Made by a program: the position numbers and the translations under genes. A DNA stretch of 63,004 nt, counting the filler, from Kipferlia bialata (taxonomy: Eukaryota): assembly GCA_003568945.1 (NCBI GenBank). It is 5 parts of 5 records of this genome, joined end to end, with 100 filler letters (N's around TTAATTAATTAA, not from the genome) between each part and the next. Parts side by side here need not be neighbours in the genome. Positions count along the whole stretch, not along the records: positions 1 to 9,367 come from BDIP01000753.1; positions 9,468 to 24,452 come from BDIP01000754.1; 3 more parts are not named here. One strand, written 5' to 3'. The notes below the pieces were generated by a model. It did no database searches and was not told where the DNA came from. It worked only from the letters and a program-made list of their open reading frames with translations. Shown piece after piece: positions 1 through 11,696 of this stretch (positions are counted from its first letter, which is position 1; each line of letters opens with the position of its first letter).

Positions 1-141
1 GGGGGGTGGGGGGGGGGGGTGTGTGGGTGGGTGGTGTCGGAAGGGAATGACCCTAGAACTCTATGAGACGTACTCTCATGCATTTGACACACAATATACA
101 ATGGTATTCAATTGTATACATGAATACACCACTGAGCATAC

Positions 142-629
142 CTGGGGGAGTACCTCCATAGCGGAGGTTACAAATGCTTGCAGATCATCGCCTACACATG
201 GGTTCCCAGAGACATCCACGCATCGAAGGATGGGGAGACCTGCCAAGGGCTCCAGGGCGTCCAAGGAGGCCAGAGCGTTGTCTGCAACCAACACAAACCG
301 CAGAGACTTGCACTGAGCCAGGGGCAGCAAGGAGCACACAAGATTGTGGGACAGCACGAGGGTGGTTAGTTCCAGCAGTTTACTTAGGGGAGACAGGTCT
401 GCCACCTTGTTCCCAGAGAGGTCGAGGGTCAGCAGCCGCTTGCATCTAGCGACCGCTGAAATATCAGTTATACCCATATCACTCGCACGTAACCGGTACA
501 CACTCCCCAGTGTGAAATCCCCCGACAGTCTCAAAATCTAGAAGTTAGTCTCTGTCTAGTTATTTCCACACAAATCCAAGGGCCCATACTAGCAAGACAT
601 TATACCTCCTTTTCTGAAAGCCGTCCCAT
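142..629 (-). CDS. LRRC61: Leucine-rich repeat protein, LRRC61-like (3' part runs off window start)
   Basis: Exon1 629-606 (MGRLSEKE), GT-AG intron 605-538, exon2 537-142 ILRLSGDFTLGSVYRLRASDMGITDISAVARCKRLLTLDLSGNKVADLSPL with LxxLxLxxN repeats and SGNP cap; resembles the LRRC61 N-terminus from memory. Confidence 0.65.
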
Positions 630-785
630 GGAATGACTGACACACAATGACAACTTGAAGTTTACTTTAATTCGAAGAGAGACTTGAAGTTCTCTCAACA
701 AGTCATTTCAGACTCACACAAAAACATCTTACTGAACGCCTGGGGGCCCGAGGCTGGGGGTTCCCGGACAACTCAGCAACTATAT

Positions 786-1165
786 CTACCTCCTTGGGTT
801 GCGGCCCTTGTAGCCTCCCTTCTTAGCTCCCTTGTCAGCAGAAGACTTCCTGATGGTAAGGTGAACACAATCGCACTCAGTATAAATATGTATACTAACC
901 TGGCCTGCTTGGGTCTGTCATCCACAAGGAGGACATCAAGGTTGAGTGTCTCGGACAGCAGGACGTTGCGGATGGTGGTTCCCCTCACAACCAGAAGAGG
1001 GATAGACTTAGTCTCCTTGTTGGGGACAGTGAGGCGGGCAGCGCGCACAGTCACTGACATGGCGTTGTCCACACCCACAACAGTTCCGCGGACAGAAGCT
1101 CCGGTCTTAAGCTCAAGAGTCACTGTCTCGTTACGCAGACGCTGAACGAATCTGACGAGCTTCAT
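786..1165 (-). CDS. SNRPD1: Small nuclear ribonucleoprotein Sm D1
   Basis: MKLVRFVQRLRNETVTLELKTG...VRGTTIRNVLLSETLNLDVLLVDDRPK is the typical SmD1 pattern; 50-nt intron 899-850; basic tail ending GRNPRR-TAG at 788-786. Confidence 0.93.
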
Positions 1166-1280
1166 TGTGTGTGCAACAAAGGAAGGCTCGCTGTCACTCC
1201 CAATTCCTCCGACTTGCTAAACCGGAGAATAGTCGGAAAGTCATAAAGAGGCACCCTGTTCTCGCCCGAGATTGATAATA
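1166..1280. promoter_or_regulatory. Compact bidirectional promoter region (SmD1 / eIF4B-like)
   Basis: Only 115 bp between divergent ATGs; contains inverted TCCGACT...AGTCGGA and GTCGGAAAGTCA, also seen at 40488-40510. Confidence 0.55.
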
Positions 1281-2670
1281 ATGGCCAAGAAGCAGCTGCT
1301 TGACATCACACAGGGTAGGTTTTGTAGTGTTATGTACTAGTTAGGTTTGGTTTACAGTGTTCTTTGCATTCCTTCTGCAAGTATTTCCCAATGTATCATA
1401 CTGATTCTCAGCTCCCTCTGGTGGAGACCAGTGGGACGAGGAGGATGATCTGGAGCAGTTCAACACTGCTCCTCCCGCCCCTGCTCGTGGTTCCGGGTCT
1501 TTCCAGTCCTCTAGGGGTTCCTCCGGATACGGCAGCTCTTCTGGTGGATACGGTGGCTCCTCCGGCGGATACGGCAGCTCTTCTGGTGGATACGGCAGCT
1601 CTTCTGGTGGATACGGCAGCTCTTCTGGTGGATACGGAGGCTCCTCTGGTGGATACGGAGGCCGTTCCACCTCCTACAACGACTACCAGGAGACATTTGA
1701 GGTACCCAGCCGCCCCCCCTATGGAGTGCTGATCCGCAACCTTCCCTACGAGACTACCATGGAGGACATTGGCATGTTCCTGGAGCAGCAGTACCAGATC
1801 AATGACATGGACAAGATCGTGATGCATGTCAACAAGGACACAGGCGAGGCCAGAGGCTGGGCCACTGTCATCATCAAGACCCCCGAGTCGATGCAGAAGC
1901 TCCTCGACCTCAACAACACCAGCTTCCAGGGCAGACCCATGCTCATCAAGCCAGAGAGGCAGGACATCCTCGAGCGCCAGTGTGGCCAGCAGCAGAGGGG
2001 AGGATTCGGCCAGCAGAGGGGAGGATACGGCCAGACCAGGGCTGGAGCCTTCGCCCCCCCAGGCGGCTTCTCCCGTGAGGGAATGGGTACCGGCACCTCC
2101 GCTGCCGAGAAGCGTGCTGCCCACCAGGCTGAGCGCCGTGCTTACTACGAGAGCCAGCGCCCCGAGGGATCCACCTCCACCTTCCGCTCCACCAACTCCT
2201 TCCAGGCCCCTGCCAGGGCTGAGCCTGCCGGCCCCGTCGACATGAGCGCCAAGCCCAGGGCTGCCCCAGCCGAGAGGAAGCCCAAGGCCAACCCCTTCGG
2301 AGCCGCTGCCCCCGTCGAGACTGTCGATGTGTGGGCCACCCCTTCCTCTGTGCAGCAGAGGCCTGCCAGGCGCGAGAGAACCGCCCCTGAGGAGAAGAAG
2401 AAGGCCGACCGCTTTGGATCTGCCCGCAGCATGGACTGGGTACGGGGGTTGTATCACGCAAGTTAGGTGTCTGTTATACTGTATATCGTTATGTGCTAAC
2501 CCCAGGGCCGCACCAACCTGAGCACCGAGCCCAAGAAGGCCCCCAAGAAGGAGGAGGCCAAGGAGGCTCCCAAGCCCAAGGCCGCCCCCAAGGCCGCCCC
2601 CGCCAAGGAGGCCCCCGCCAAGTCTGCCACCAAGGCCAGCCACTGGGGTGCCCTCAAGAGGGAGGAGTAA
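1281..2670 (+). CDS. EIF4B: RRM protein, eIF4B/eIF4H-like translation initiation factor
   Basis: ATG 1281; introns 1315-1411 and 2440-2505; WDEEDD motif, PSRPPYGVLIRNLPY (RNP2), RGWATV (RNP1), KPKANPFGAAAPVET (eIF4B/4H NPFG motif); TAA 2668-2670. Confidence 0.75.
1525..1659 (+). repeat. Coding 21-nt tandem repeat (GYG[S/G]SSG)x6 plus a partial unit
   Basis: Units GGATACGGCAGCTCTTCTGGT (with variants) start at 1525, 1546, 1567, 1588, 1609, 1630 and 1651. Confidence 0.95.
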
Positions 2671-2972
2671 GGACCTGGGGTATAGGGTGTCAGAGGACTG
2701 GTGACAGGTTGTGTTTGTATCTGTAGGTGTCCTGTTTGTTTTGTCTTGAGCCTCAGGGTGTTTCTGGTATGGCGTCGGGGTCTATTTGCCGGTTTTAGCA
2801 CGATCCTCGCGTCTATTGGGGTTCATATGCTCTCTAAATTGAAGTACTGATGGATTTTCGTACTGATGGGGTTGTTATGATGTTTGTGATTGCTGACCAC
2901 TATCTATTTGTGATACTATTGGTTGAATGACAGAAATACGGAAACATGAGACATGGAACCATTGTCCGACCT

Positions 2973-4213
2973 CTACACTGCGTCATGGATACTGGCAAGG
3001 AAGGCGTCGTGCTTGCTGATACCCTTCCTGACCTTTGCTAACTGGGCCTTCCACTCGTCAGTCATCACCACCCTCAGGACCCTCCCCTCCACCTGCACAG
3101 CCACTCTGGCCCCAATCAGCAGCTCAGACGCGGCATGGGCCCTGTCCTTGTGGTACTCAGAGACAGGGGTGGGACGCCGAGCAGACCACCGGCACCACTG
3201 CCCGTGCAGTCTGGTGGGGTCAGATGGGATGGCGAAGTCCGGCTTGGTCCTGACCCTCATGTCTGACCCCAGGGCAGACAGGGTCCTGGGGTGAGAGGGG
3301 AGGGGGGGGGGGGGGCACGCACCGCCCTGGAGAGACACTCTGTACCTAGGCATCCTCCAGATGTCTGCCTCCTCACTGTCTACTGTGGGCCCTGACTGGA
3401 CCCTGGCCTGTCTGTGGGCCTCCTTCTCTATGGTGTCTCTGACCACCACATTGCTCAGCTCACACACTGACACACCGTGGTGGGTCTTGTAGGGGATCTC
3501 CTTGGGGGCCACTGTGTAGCCCTCACTTCCCTTGTCCTTGTAGATGCGCCTGTGCAGAGGGTACAGACGCCGGAACTGGAGTCAGGAACAACACGTAACA
3601 ATCACAATGAGATATATAATGACACGAGTCAAACTCTTATACTGTAGATAGGGGACACAACATCCACCGCAGGTACCTGCCCTGGTGGTATGCCCTTGCT
3701 CTCCTGCATCTGGGACACAACCTGGAGTAAGGGGAAGAGGGCGAGAGAGTGACTTGGATAGACGTGAGGGAGGGAGGGAGGGAGAGATGATAGTAATACG
3801 ACAGCACACATTATAGGTACCCAAAGGCGACTGAAAGGAAAAGGTTGGAGACGTTGTATAGAACAGCATGCCACACACAACCGAAGCAACATAGAGCATA
3901 TATGTCGTACCCGTACTATATGGGGGTGTGCGATAGGGGTAGCTCCGGTGTGCTCCGCTGGGACCGTGCCGATCCTTCCGTCATGCCAGGCAGAAGCTGT
4001 GTCCATGCCGCACAGGACACGGGGGATGAGGGCGCCATTCCTCTCCGGCACTGGGGCCATGGTCTTGTTCTCGGGGACAGGCACAGCCACTCCGGCACCA
4101 AGCCTGTGACGCAACCGCCTGCCCCACTGAGTCCTCCGATAGGACTCCTCAACCTGCCCGGGCTTGGCCGTCACGGCACCGTACAGGGCGAGCTGCTCGC
4201 TACTTATCACCAT
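2973..4213 (-). CDS. Hypothetical protein, probably 3 exons
   Basis: ORFs 4213-3911 and 3575-2973 join in frame via a middle exon (~3721-3677) with GT donors and TTACTCCAG/CTGACTCCAG acceptors; no family recognised. Confidence 0.55.
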
Positions 4214-5388
4214 GGCTTGGAGAGTCTCTACTGAGTCTACTAAGTCAACTGAGTCTACTGAGCCAGGAGGGACCTCAACTCCCAGCGGTGTGGGTTCAGC
4301 CAGCTAGAGAGAATAAGTATGGACAATTATAGGGTATGTGGTGATAAGTGCTAAAACACTCGACTTTTGAACTTAGGACTCAACAAACACCAACACTCAT
4401 ATATAAGCTTACTTCTCCACACCCACATACATATACGGAACATAACCGAACTCCGATGGAGGGAGGTCATCGTATGATGGGGAACGTGACCTACAATTCA
4501 CCGGACCTAATCATGCCCCTGCTACTCGGGACTCCCAGTTCCAGATTCAGAGCCAGGGTTGGCCCGTTCTTCATATATACCCAGGGGGTAGCTCATCTGT
4601 ACTATACAACCAGGTCCCACGCTCTGGTTAGAGTGAAGGCGTCCAGCCTTGGTACCAGGTAGGGTCAGACTCTTAGTGTTTATGAAATTTATTGACGTGT
4701 CTACCTTCTTCTATAGTCGTCTTCAGAATACAACAACTACTATGAAATATTGTGGTATGTCCATTGTCTTTATAGGAATTGTTAGGCTCAGCCTGGTATT
4801 TCTCTGTCCGGCGTCTATCTCACCCCAGCATCATCAGTTCTCTGTTTCTGAGTTGTCGTGATGCCAACCGGAGCAGCCTCGCCGCTCTTGCATCCAAGCT
4901 CGACCTGCCCTTCCTAGGTACTCTAATTGGCACCTGAGTCTTCATCGAATTATATATGACTCACTTGATATCCCCCCCCCCCCCCCCCCCCCTGACTCCC
5001 CNNNNNNNNNNNNNNNNNNNNNNNNNNNNNNNNNNNNNNNNNNNNNNNNNNNNNNNNNNNNNNNNNNNNNNNNNNNNNNNNNNNNNNNNNNNNNNNNNNN
5101 NNNNNNNNNNNNNNNNNNNNNNNNNNNNNNNNNNNNNNNNNNNNNNNNNNNNNNNNNNNNNNNNNNNNNNNNNNNNNNNNNNNNNNNNNNNNNNNNNNNN
5201 NNNNNNNNNNNNNNNNNNNNNNNNNNNNNNNNNNNNNNNNNNNNNNNNNNNNNNNNNNNNNNNNNNNNNNNNNNNNNNNNNNNNNNNNNNNNNNNNNNNN
5301 NNNNNNNNNNNNNNNNNNNNNNNNNNNNNNNNNNNNNNNNNNNNNNNNNNNNNNNNNNNNNNNNNNNNNNNNNNNNNGGGGGGGGGGG

Positions 5389-5424
<36 letters not shown>

Positions 5425-5492
5425 TCCACACTATCAAGAGAGTTATGCATCAATCCTCAGCTGTATACATCTCTCTCTACTCCCCTCCTCAC

Positions 5493-5635
5493 CTGCTAAA
5501 GTTGTGGCTGCGCCTCACTAGCTCATACTCACTGTCCTGCAGGGACTCACTGCCCTTCTCCTCCACAACAGCCGCAAACTCACTGAGCCTCCGAGAGAAC
5601 TCTGCCGGCTTGAGGGTGGTGTTGTGTGTGGACAT
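5493..5635 (-). CDS. Probable exon of a hypothetical gene continuing into the N gap
   Basis: MSTHNTTLKPAEFSRRLSEFAAVVEEKGSESLQDSEYELVRRSHNFS followed by an AG|GTGAGG donor; coding-like codon usage. Confidence 0.35.
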
Positions 5636-6098
5636 GGTCCAGACACCACAGGGGGGGTCAGGCTAGGTGGTAGTCTCTGGCTTCCTACTCTATCTGCTTC
5701 TCAGGTCTATTTGGTATCACTCTGGGCAACAGTGCCCACGTCTCTGGTTGGTAGACCCCCAGGCGGTACCACGGGTACCAGAAGAGCCGCTGGGTCGCTA
5801 CAGAGTACAGTTATACTGGGTGAAGGAAGGCCATGCAACTGACCATAATTTGCCTTGCAAATCCCAAGAATAGAGGATTTGAGGGTTTAACTAAATTGGA
5901 CAATAAACTTGTCACAGTGACATGACGTCTTCGAAGACTGTCATACATATTTAAAGACTTTAGACTGTCTGTCTATTGACACACAGCATCCAATATACAG
6001 GGATAGCTCTTGAATGACATAACTATCAGCAGGAAACACACTTGACACAAAAAGATACCGAATACACTAAACCCTTCCTCCCACGCCTACTCCTATGC

Positions 6099-6238
6099 CT
6101 ACTCCTGTATGTGTGCCCTGACCGTGCCCAGGATGGGTCTGGTGACAGCTATGGTGGGCTGCCTCATCCTGCCGTACATGGCTGACTCCCTCTCCTGGGC
6201 TGCTAGCTGCTGAGACAACAGCCTGGAGTGAGAGAGGG

Positions 6239-6269
<31 letters not shown>

Positions 6270-8432
6270 GACTGTGTGTGTGTGCCCACCTCCTATGCTC
6301 CTGGTCGGACACAGTGTTGGGTGTATTGGCCAGTCTCCTATTCCTGGCTACTCTCCGTCTCTCCCCAGGTGTCTCCCCTCCCTCCCCCTCCCCCTCCTCT
6401 GTCTCTCCCCTGGCCCTACTAGACACATGGCCTGGCAGCATGTCAATGGCACCCCTCTCCTGCACAGTCAGAAGGCTGTGTCTGTACATAATGACATAGT
6501 GTGAAGGGTCAGTGCAATCATACAGTATAGCCACCCCCACCTGTCTGAGTGCCTGCCTCTGCTCTGTGGTGGCCCTTCTCAGTATGGCCTCCAGGTGGCA
6601 CAGACGGTGGGCATACTCCTAATCATGAGACACAGTCATACAGAGTCAGTGTACACTATGTATATACACCCACCTTGATGTCCCCCCTGCCCATCCTCTC
6701 TCTCAGCAGGGCAGGGCCTGACATGGAGGAGTAGTCAGGCCGGGCACCCTCCCCCTCACTCCTATCTCCTCCCTCTGATAGTAGTGCCTTCATCTCCTGT
6801 CTAGCCTTCCTAGTCTGGGGCAGTGTCTTCGGCATGTCTAGCTGACAGGACTGGTAGATGCAGCCCCTCGCAGCAGTCAGCTGGTCTGGGGTTGGATCAT
6901 GTCAGATAGATAGAGAGAGAGGGTTTCAATACATACTATATACACGTACCCAGCTTGTGCCTGAGCCCCTCTATCCTGTCCAGTGTGACTGGGATGGCAC
7001 TGCATAGAGAGTCAGCCTGGGCAGACAGCCCAATAAGAGTGTCAATCTCCTCACGAGGCAGGTCCTGGGGTGAGGTGGTATACACACCGGGTGTTCATCA
7101 CATATGCATACACCTCCTACACCCACCTGTACACTGAGGCCTAGTCTGGTTGGGATACCGCGGCTGGTACCTAGGGGTCAGTAGTGTACATGGTTATACT
7201 GATCAAGGGGAACATGTATTCAGGTGTATGTGCGTATATGTCGATATACCTGGGTACTCCCCCACCATGGCCTGTCTCAGATTGAGGTCAGCTGGGGGCC
7301 TGGGTGTCAGAAGCAGTGGCAGGGTATGTAAGACAGGTAGAGAGGCTTGTGTGTGTATACCTGACGTCTGCCGGGAGGGGCACATCCTTGGCCCCAGGCA
7401 CACTCTCCAGTGCAGACACCCTAACAGTCAGACACACAGAGAGAGGGGTGTCAGGATACATACGCTCACACAGTCCTGGGCTGTCCTACCTTGAGTAGAG
7501 GGTGGCCATCTTCTGGGCCTTCCTCTGCTGCACATAGCCTTCCTGCCTGACATTGGGGTATAGTGAGAGAGAGAGAGTAAGAGAGCGAGTGTGTCCACGT
7601 GTGTGTAATCCATACCTCTTGTGCATCTTTGCATATGCCGATGCCTTGGGCATGTCTAGACTGGCAACACGGGCCTTGACCTCAGCTGCCCTTGGGTGAG
7701 AGAGAGATAGAGAGAGAGAGAAAGGGATAGAGTATGTGTGCACTCCCCATACCTGTTCCTAGCATATGCAGAGGGTCTCTTCATGGGGGCAGTCCGGCAC
7801 TGAGGTGAACAGAGGGAGAGAGAGAGAGGCACCATATCCGTAGTCTGTCCCATATACACTACATACACCCTACCTTGATGGATGTGTCTCTGTGTGCCCT
7901 AGAGGCCTCAGGTCTCTGCCGGGTAACAGTCACCTCAGACTGCCTCAGATGCAGCGGGAGCGGCTTCATGACCTGGGAGAAGAGATGTAGGTGGTATATC
8001 ATCCATATACTGGTGAACATGAGAGTGACTGGGAAGGGTATCTGATTACACGTACGTGTGCATCGATGTCTGGCGACACCTCCAGCTGGGACCTGGTGGG
8101 GTGGTGGGGGGGCAGTCTGCGTCTGGCACGAGGGACAGCGGGAGAGGAGAACTGAGTGAGACAAATGGAGTACCAAAGCTTAATCGAGTCAATAGTCACT
8201 GACCCCCATATACGCTCTTTCAGCCGCACTGGTTCTACTAGCAACATTATCACTCTTCTACACTTAGTAAGAAATATAGACCCACTGAGAGTGACAGTGG
8301 TGCCAGATGGCCAAATAGAATCATATATATAGCAAGTAAGTGTCAACTATGTATACAATGCACTCTGTAAGTCCAACACACCTGAGACTGACGCTGGAAC
8401 CGGCGGACATAACTGTCGTCCTGGGCAGGCAT
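6099..8432 (-). CDS. Hypothetical multi-exon basic/helical protein (~11-12 exons)
   Basis: Chain of short exons with consensus splice sites: MPAQDDSYVRRFQRQSQ | FSSPAVPR... | AAEVKARVASLDMPKASAYAKMHKR | YVQQRKAQKMATLYSR ... LLSQQLAAQERESAMYGR...HIQE-TAG; start uncertain. Confidence 0.5.
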
Positions 8433-8681
8433 CCCTCTCTCTGCCTCTCTCTGCCGTGTGGTATAGCGGCACTAGGGATAGGTGGCACTAGAGAAACTGC
8501 ACTTGGCATGAAGATTACAAGACAAGGCAAACAGAAACATCGAGGGTCCAGTCACATGAAGGACGACTCACTCTCCTATAGACTGCAACTTGAGAGGCTC
8601 TCTACCCCCTGTGGATACAGTCACTCAAGGAACAACCTGTTATTTACCAGAAGACCATTGAGTGGGTACTGAGTGCATACC

Positions 8682-9234
8682 ATGGAGGCCTCTCCGGCCC
8701 TGGCTGACAGACTGCAGCTGCTGAAGATACTCAAGGTATGGGAGAGGAGAGAGTCGGTGGTTCTTCATATACGACACGCACCACTTGACAACCCTGTAGT
8801 ATTACCATCGGTGATGTGCTGAAGCGTGTCTACGTGCTTACTGTTACAATAGGAGGTGGTCTAACAGTGATTATCCTTGTCACTCTCTTCTACTCTGTCC
8901 TGTAGTGTATCTTAGGTGACTCATCCCAGCGTCAATACCTTGTGTGTCGGGATCTTAGTCCACCAGGATGTGTGCTTGGTATGTTGGTCATGGCTATAGT
9001 CTGTAGCAGTGTTCGTATCCTGCGTCCAAACTGTGTTCATTTTCTCTTCACCCTCTAACCCAGTCCCATCCCCCGTGTCCGTCTATGTCTGGGACGGAAT
9101 GCTCTATGTTAACGTAAGAGGTGAGTAGCTTTAGTGTTTCCCCCACATATCTGATTGTATATTCCTTCCTTCTCACTGTCAGACGGGTCTCCCTATGACG
9201 GTGCCTTGCTACACTTCAGCATCACTTTCCCAAG
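8682..9234 (+). CDS. Ubiquitin-conjugating (UBC/UEV) fold protein, AKTIP/FTS-like; truncated by scaffold end
   Basis: Spliced peptide PPGCVLVPSPVSVYVWDGMLYVNVRDGSPYDGALLHFSITFP matches the E2-fold pattern W.G......G.PY.G..F.F.I.FP. Confidence 0.6.
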
Positions 9235-9327
9235 GTGGGGGTGTCCTAGATGCATCGTCGGATACCCATGTTTCTCCCACCATTGTCCTCTAACCCCAAT
9301 CGCTTCTTTCCCGGCTCTCTCTCTCTC

Positions 9328-9367
<40 letters not shown>

Positions 9368-9467
9368 NNNNNNNNNNNNNNNNNNNNNNNNNNNNNNNNN
9401 NNNNNNNNNNNTTAATTAATTAANNNNNNNNNNNNNNNNNNNNNNNNNNNNNNNNNNNNNNNNNNNN
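9368..9467. other. Artificial scaffold linker N44-TTAATTAATTAA-N44
   Basis: Identical 100-nt linkers recur at 24453-24552, 39520-39619 and 54579-54678; the pieces between are 14985, 14967 and 14959 nt, i.e. size-sorted contigs. Confidence 0.97.
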
Positions 9468-9522
<55 letters not shown>

Positions 9523-9537
9523 CATATCTGATCTCAG

Positions 9538-11219
9538 CACCAACCAGGGCACCTACCCAGGGGACTGTGTGCTGCACAGGATATCAGGGGACGAGCAGTT
9601 GGAGGTATAGACATGTAGATATACATATATATATGTACAGAGAGAGAGAGAGAGATGTGTGTGTGCTGCACAGGATTTCAGGAGACCAGCAATTAGAGGT
9701 GTGTTTGTCTACAATATATATGTTGAGAGTGAGAGAGAGACTGAATGAGCACATGCAGCTGGAGGTACAGGGGAAGCATCTATAATTGATTTTGCATTCA
9801 CTATTTGTAGTAGACACCTCAGAGATACACGTTCTCTTGATACTGTATTTACGACAGGCTCTTAAGATTAAGGCTGCCGGTGACGCTAAGGCATACGTGA
9901 CATACGTGAGGAGTAAGGTACGTTCAATGCTTGATTTAACTGTGTACATCCTGTTCTGCCATTGGTATAATGATATACCGTATTGTACTCTATATCCTCT
10001 AGGTCAAGGTGGATGTCTCGGTGATAGAGAGTAAATTACTGTAGTGATACATTGGTGTATTTCTTACCCTCAGGTCAAGGACATCTCACCCTCAGTACAC
10101 ATATAAATATATATACATCATAATATATATATACATGTATGTATTTGTATCTGTATATATTTTTCTAACCCTTAGGTCAAGGACATCTCCCCCGTTGAGC
10201 CCAGGGTGCTGGTCTTCCCATCCATACAGAGCGTCTGGTCATACATGTCGCCAGAGGTATCTACACATTATAAATATATGTATCTATACAGTATATACAT
10301 TACTTAGCAGTATTCCTCTATTCTCTCTGAGTCCTCTCGTTCTATCTATCCGTCTCATTTCTAGCTCCCCACCCCTAAAACGGCCCTTGTGCTTGTGGAA
10401 GACATGTCTCTTTCTCTCTCTCTCTCTCTCTAATACCCAGCTTCCCACCCCCAACACCGCCCTTGTCCTGGTGGGTGACATCCCAGACCTGACCACCCAT
10501 GCCTCCCATGCACTGGTGGCATCAGCCGCATTTGTTGCCAGGTACTATACATACATCATATAGCATATAGCACATTTATATAACTGGTCTCAAGCTCATT
10601 TGTTTCATTAACCCCTAGGGTCATCCCCCTGTCCGACAAGCGTTCCAAGTGGGACCAGGACCCTATCCTGAGGGACCCATCCAAGTACCTCGGACTGCTT
10701 GGGCAGGTGTGTACATGTAAACATGAGCATATATACATGTGTATATATCATGTACTGAGCTATATTAGTGTATACATATTTTAAGTATTGTACTATTATT
10801 TACGATTATCTGTTCTATTTTGCTAACAATTGTGTATGAAAACCTCATTGGGCATTCCTATCTCTCACCGTAGAAGTTCTTTGGCACCCCCCTGTCTTCA
10901 GAGGTGCAGAAGAGACAGGCCAAGAAGGTCAGTTGTCCTTTGTATTTACAGCATTATATATATGGTTCAATACGTACTTTTTCAGATACATGTATGCATA
11001 TCCCATCATATATTCAGCCCGAGCAGCAGGAGATATACATCATACATATATAATATGTGACATTGCTGATCATACTCTCTATTGTATATTAGTTAATGTC
11101 CTGATCACCAGGCCGAGCAGGCTGAGAAGGCCAAGCAGGAGAGGGAGAGAGAGTTGGCAGAGAGGATGTCATCTGTCAGTGTCAACAGTGTGCAGGAGTT
11201 CGTGCCAGACTTCTGCTAA
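9538..11219 (+). CDS. 3' part of a hypothetical multi-exon protein
   Basis: Exons ALKIKAAGDAKAYVTYVRSK | VKDISPVEPRVLVFPSIQSVWSYMSPE | LPTPNTALVLVGDIPD... | ...SVNSVQEFVPDFC-TAA (11217-11219). Confidence 0.55.
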
Positions 11220-11696
11220 CATTGACTTATGTTGATTCACTGAGTTGTGTTGAGTGTTCGCCTGCCAACCGAGCTCCCTTCTGGTTAACAATAGATTCCT
11301 AAAAGTTCTTCGATTCCAGAAACAAATGAACGTTAATCTGGGAACCTCACTTCTCTATTGTGATGGCAAGAGTCTGGTTGATTCTAATAATAGTGACTCT
11401 TCATACAATGAAGACCTTATAGAGAGTACATAATAATCATACCACCTAGCATCTAGATGAGTATTCCCATCGTGGAGGACGACTCAGGGTATCGGTGACA
11501 ACGCACTAGAGCACTTTAACCCTCTCTTGGTCTGGATGATATCTGGGACAGAGTCTTCATATAGTCAACTGACTCCTTGTTACTACTACGCGGCCTAGTG
11601 ACGATCCCACTCGAAGAGCTGACCCATCATCATAGTATCCCATCTCAATCTAGTGAGAGAAGAAATAATAGCAGTCGTTCCACTCCACTCCATATT

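Noticed and set aside
1341..2643. Long antisense ORFs (411 aa at 1408-2643, PPEELPY repeat ORF; likewise opposite PGK and the helicase)
   Set aside because: Shadow frames of GC3-rich sense genes with no independent motifs.
2668..2670. Diplomonad-type TAA/TAG=Gln genetic code
   Set aside because: TAA and TAG terminate conserved genes at expected positions (SmD1, SepSecS, PPWD1) and do not occur inside live exons.
4300..4960. Possible gene or element fragment next to the N gap
   Set aside because: No consistent spliced frame or recognisable motif could be built.
9412..9423. TTAATTAATTAA as a biological motif or transposon target
   Set aside because: Embedded in fixed N padding four times; an artificial six-frame-stop linker. 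Genes across linkers are not neighbours.
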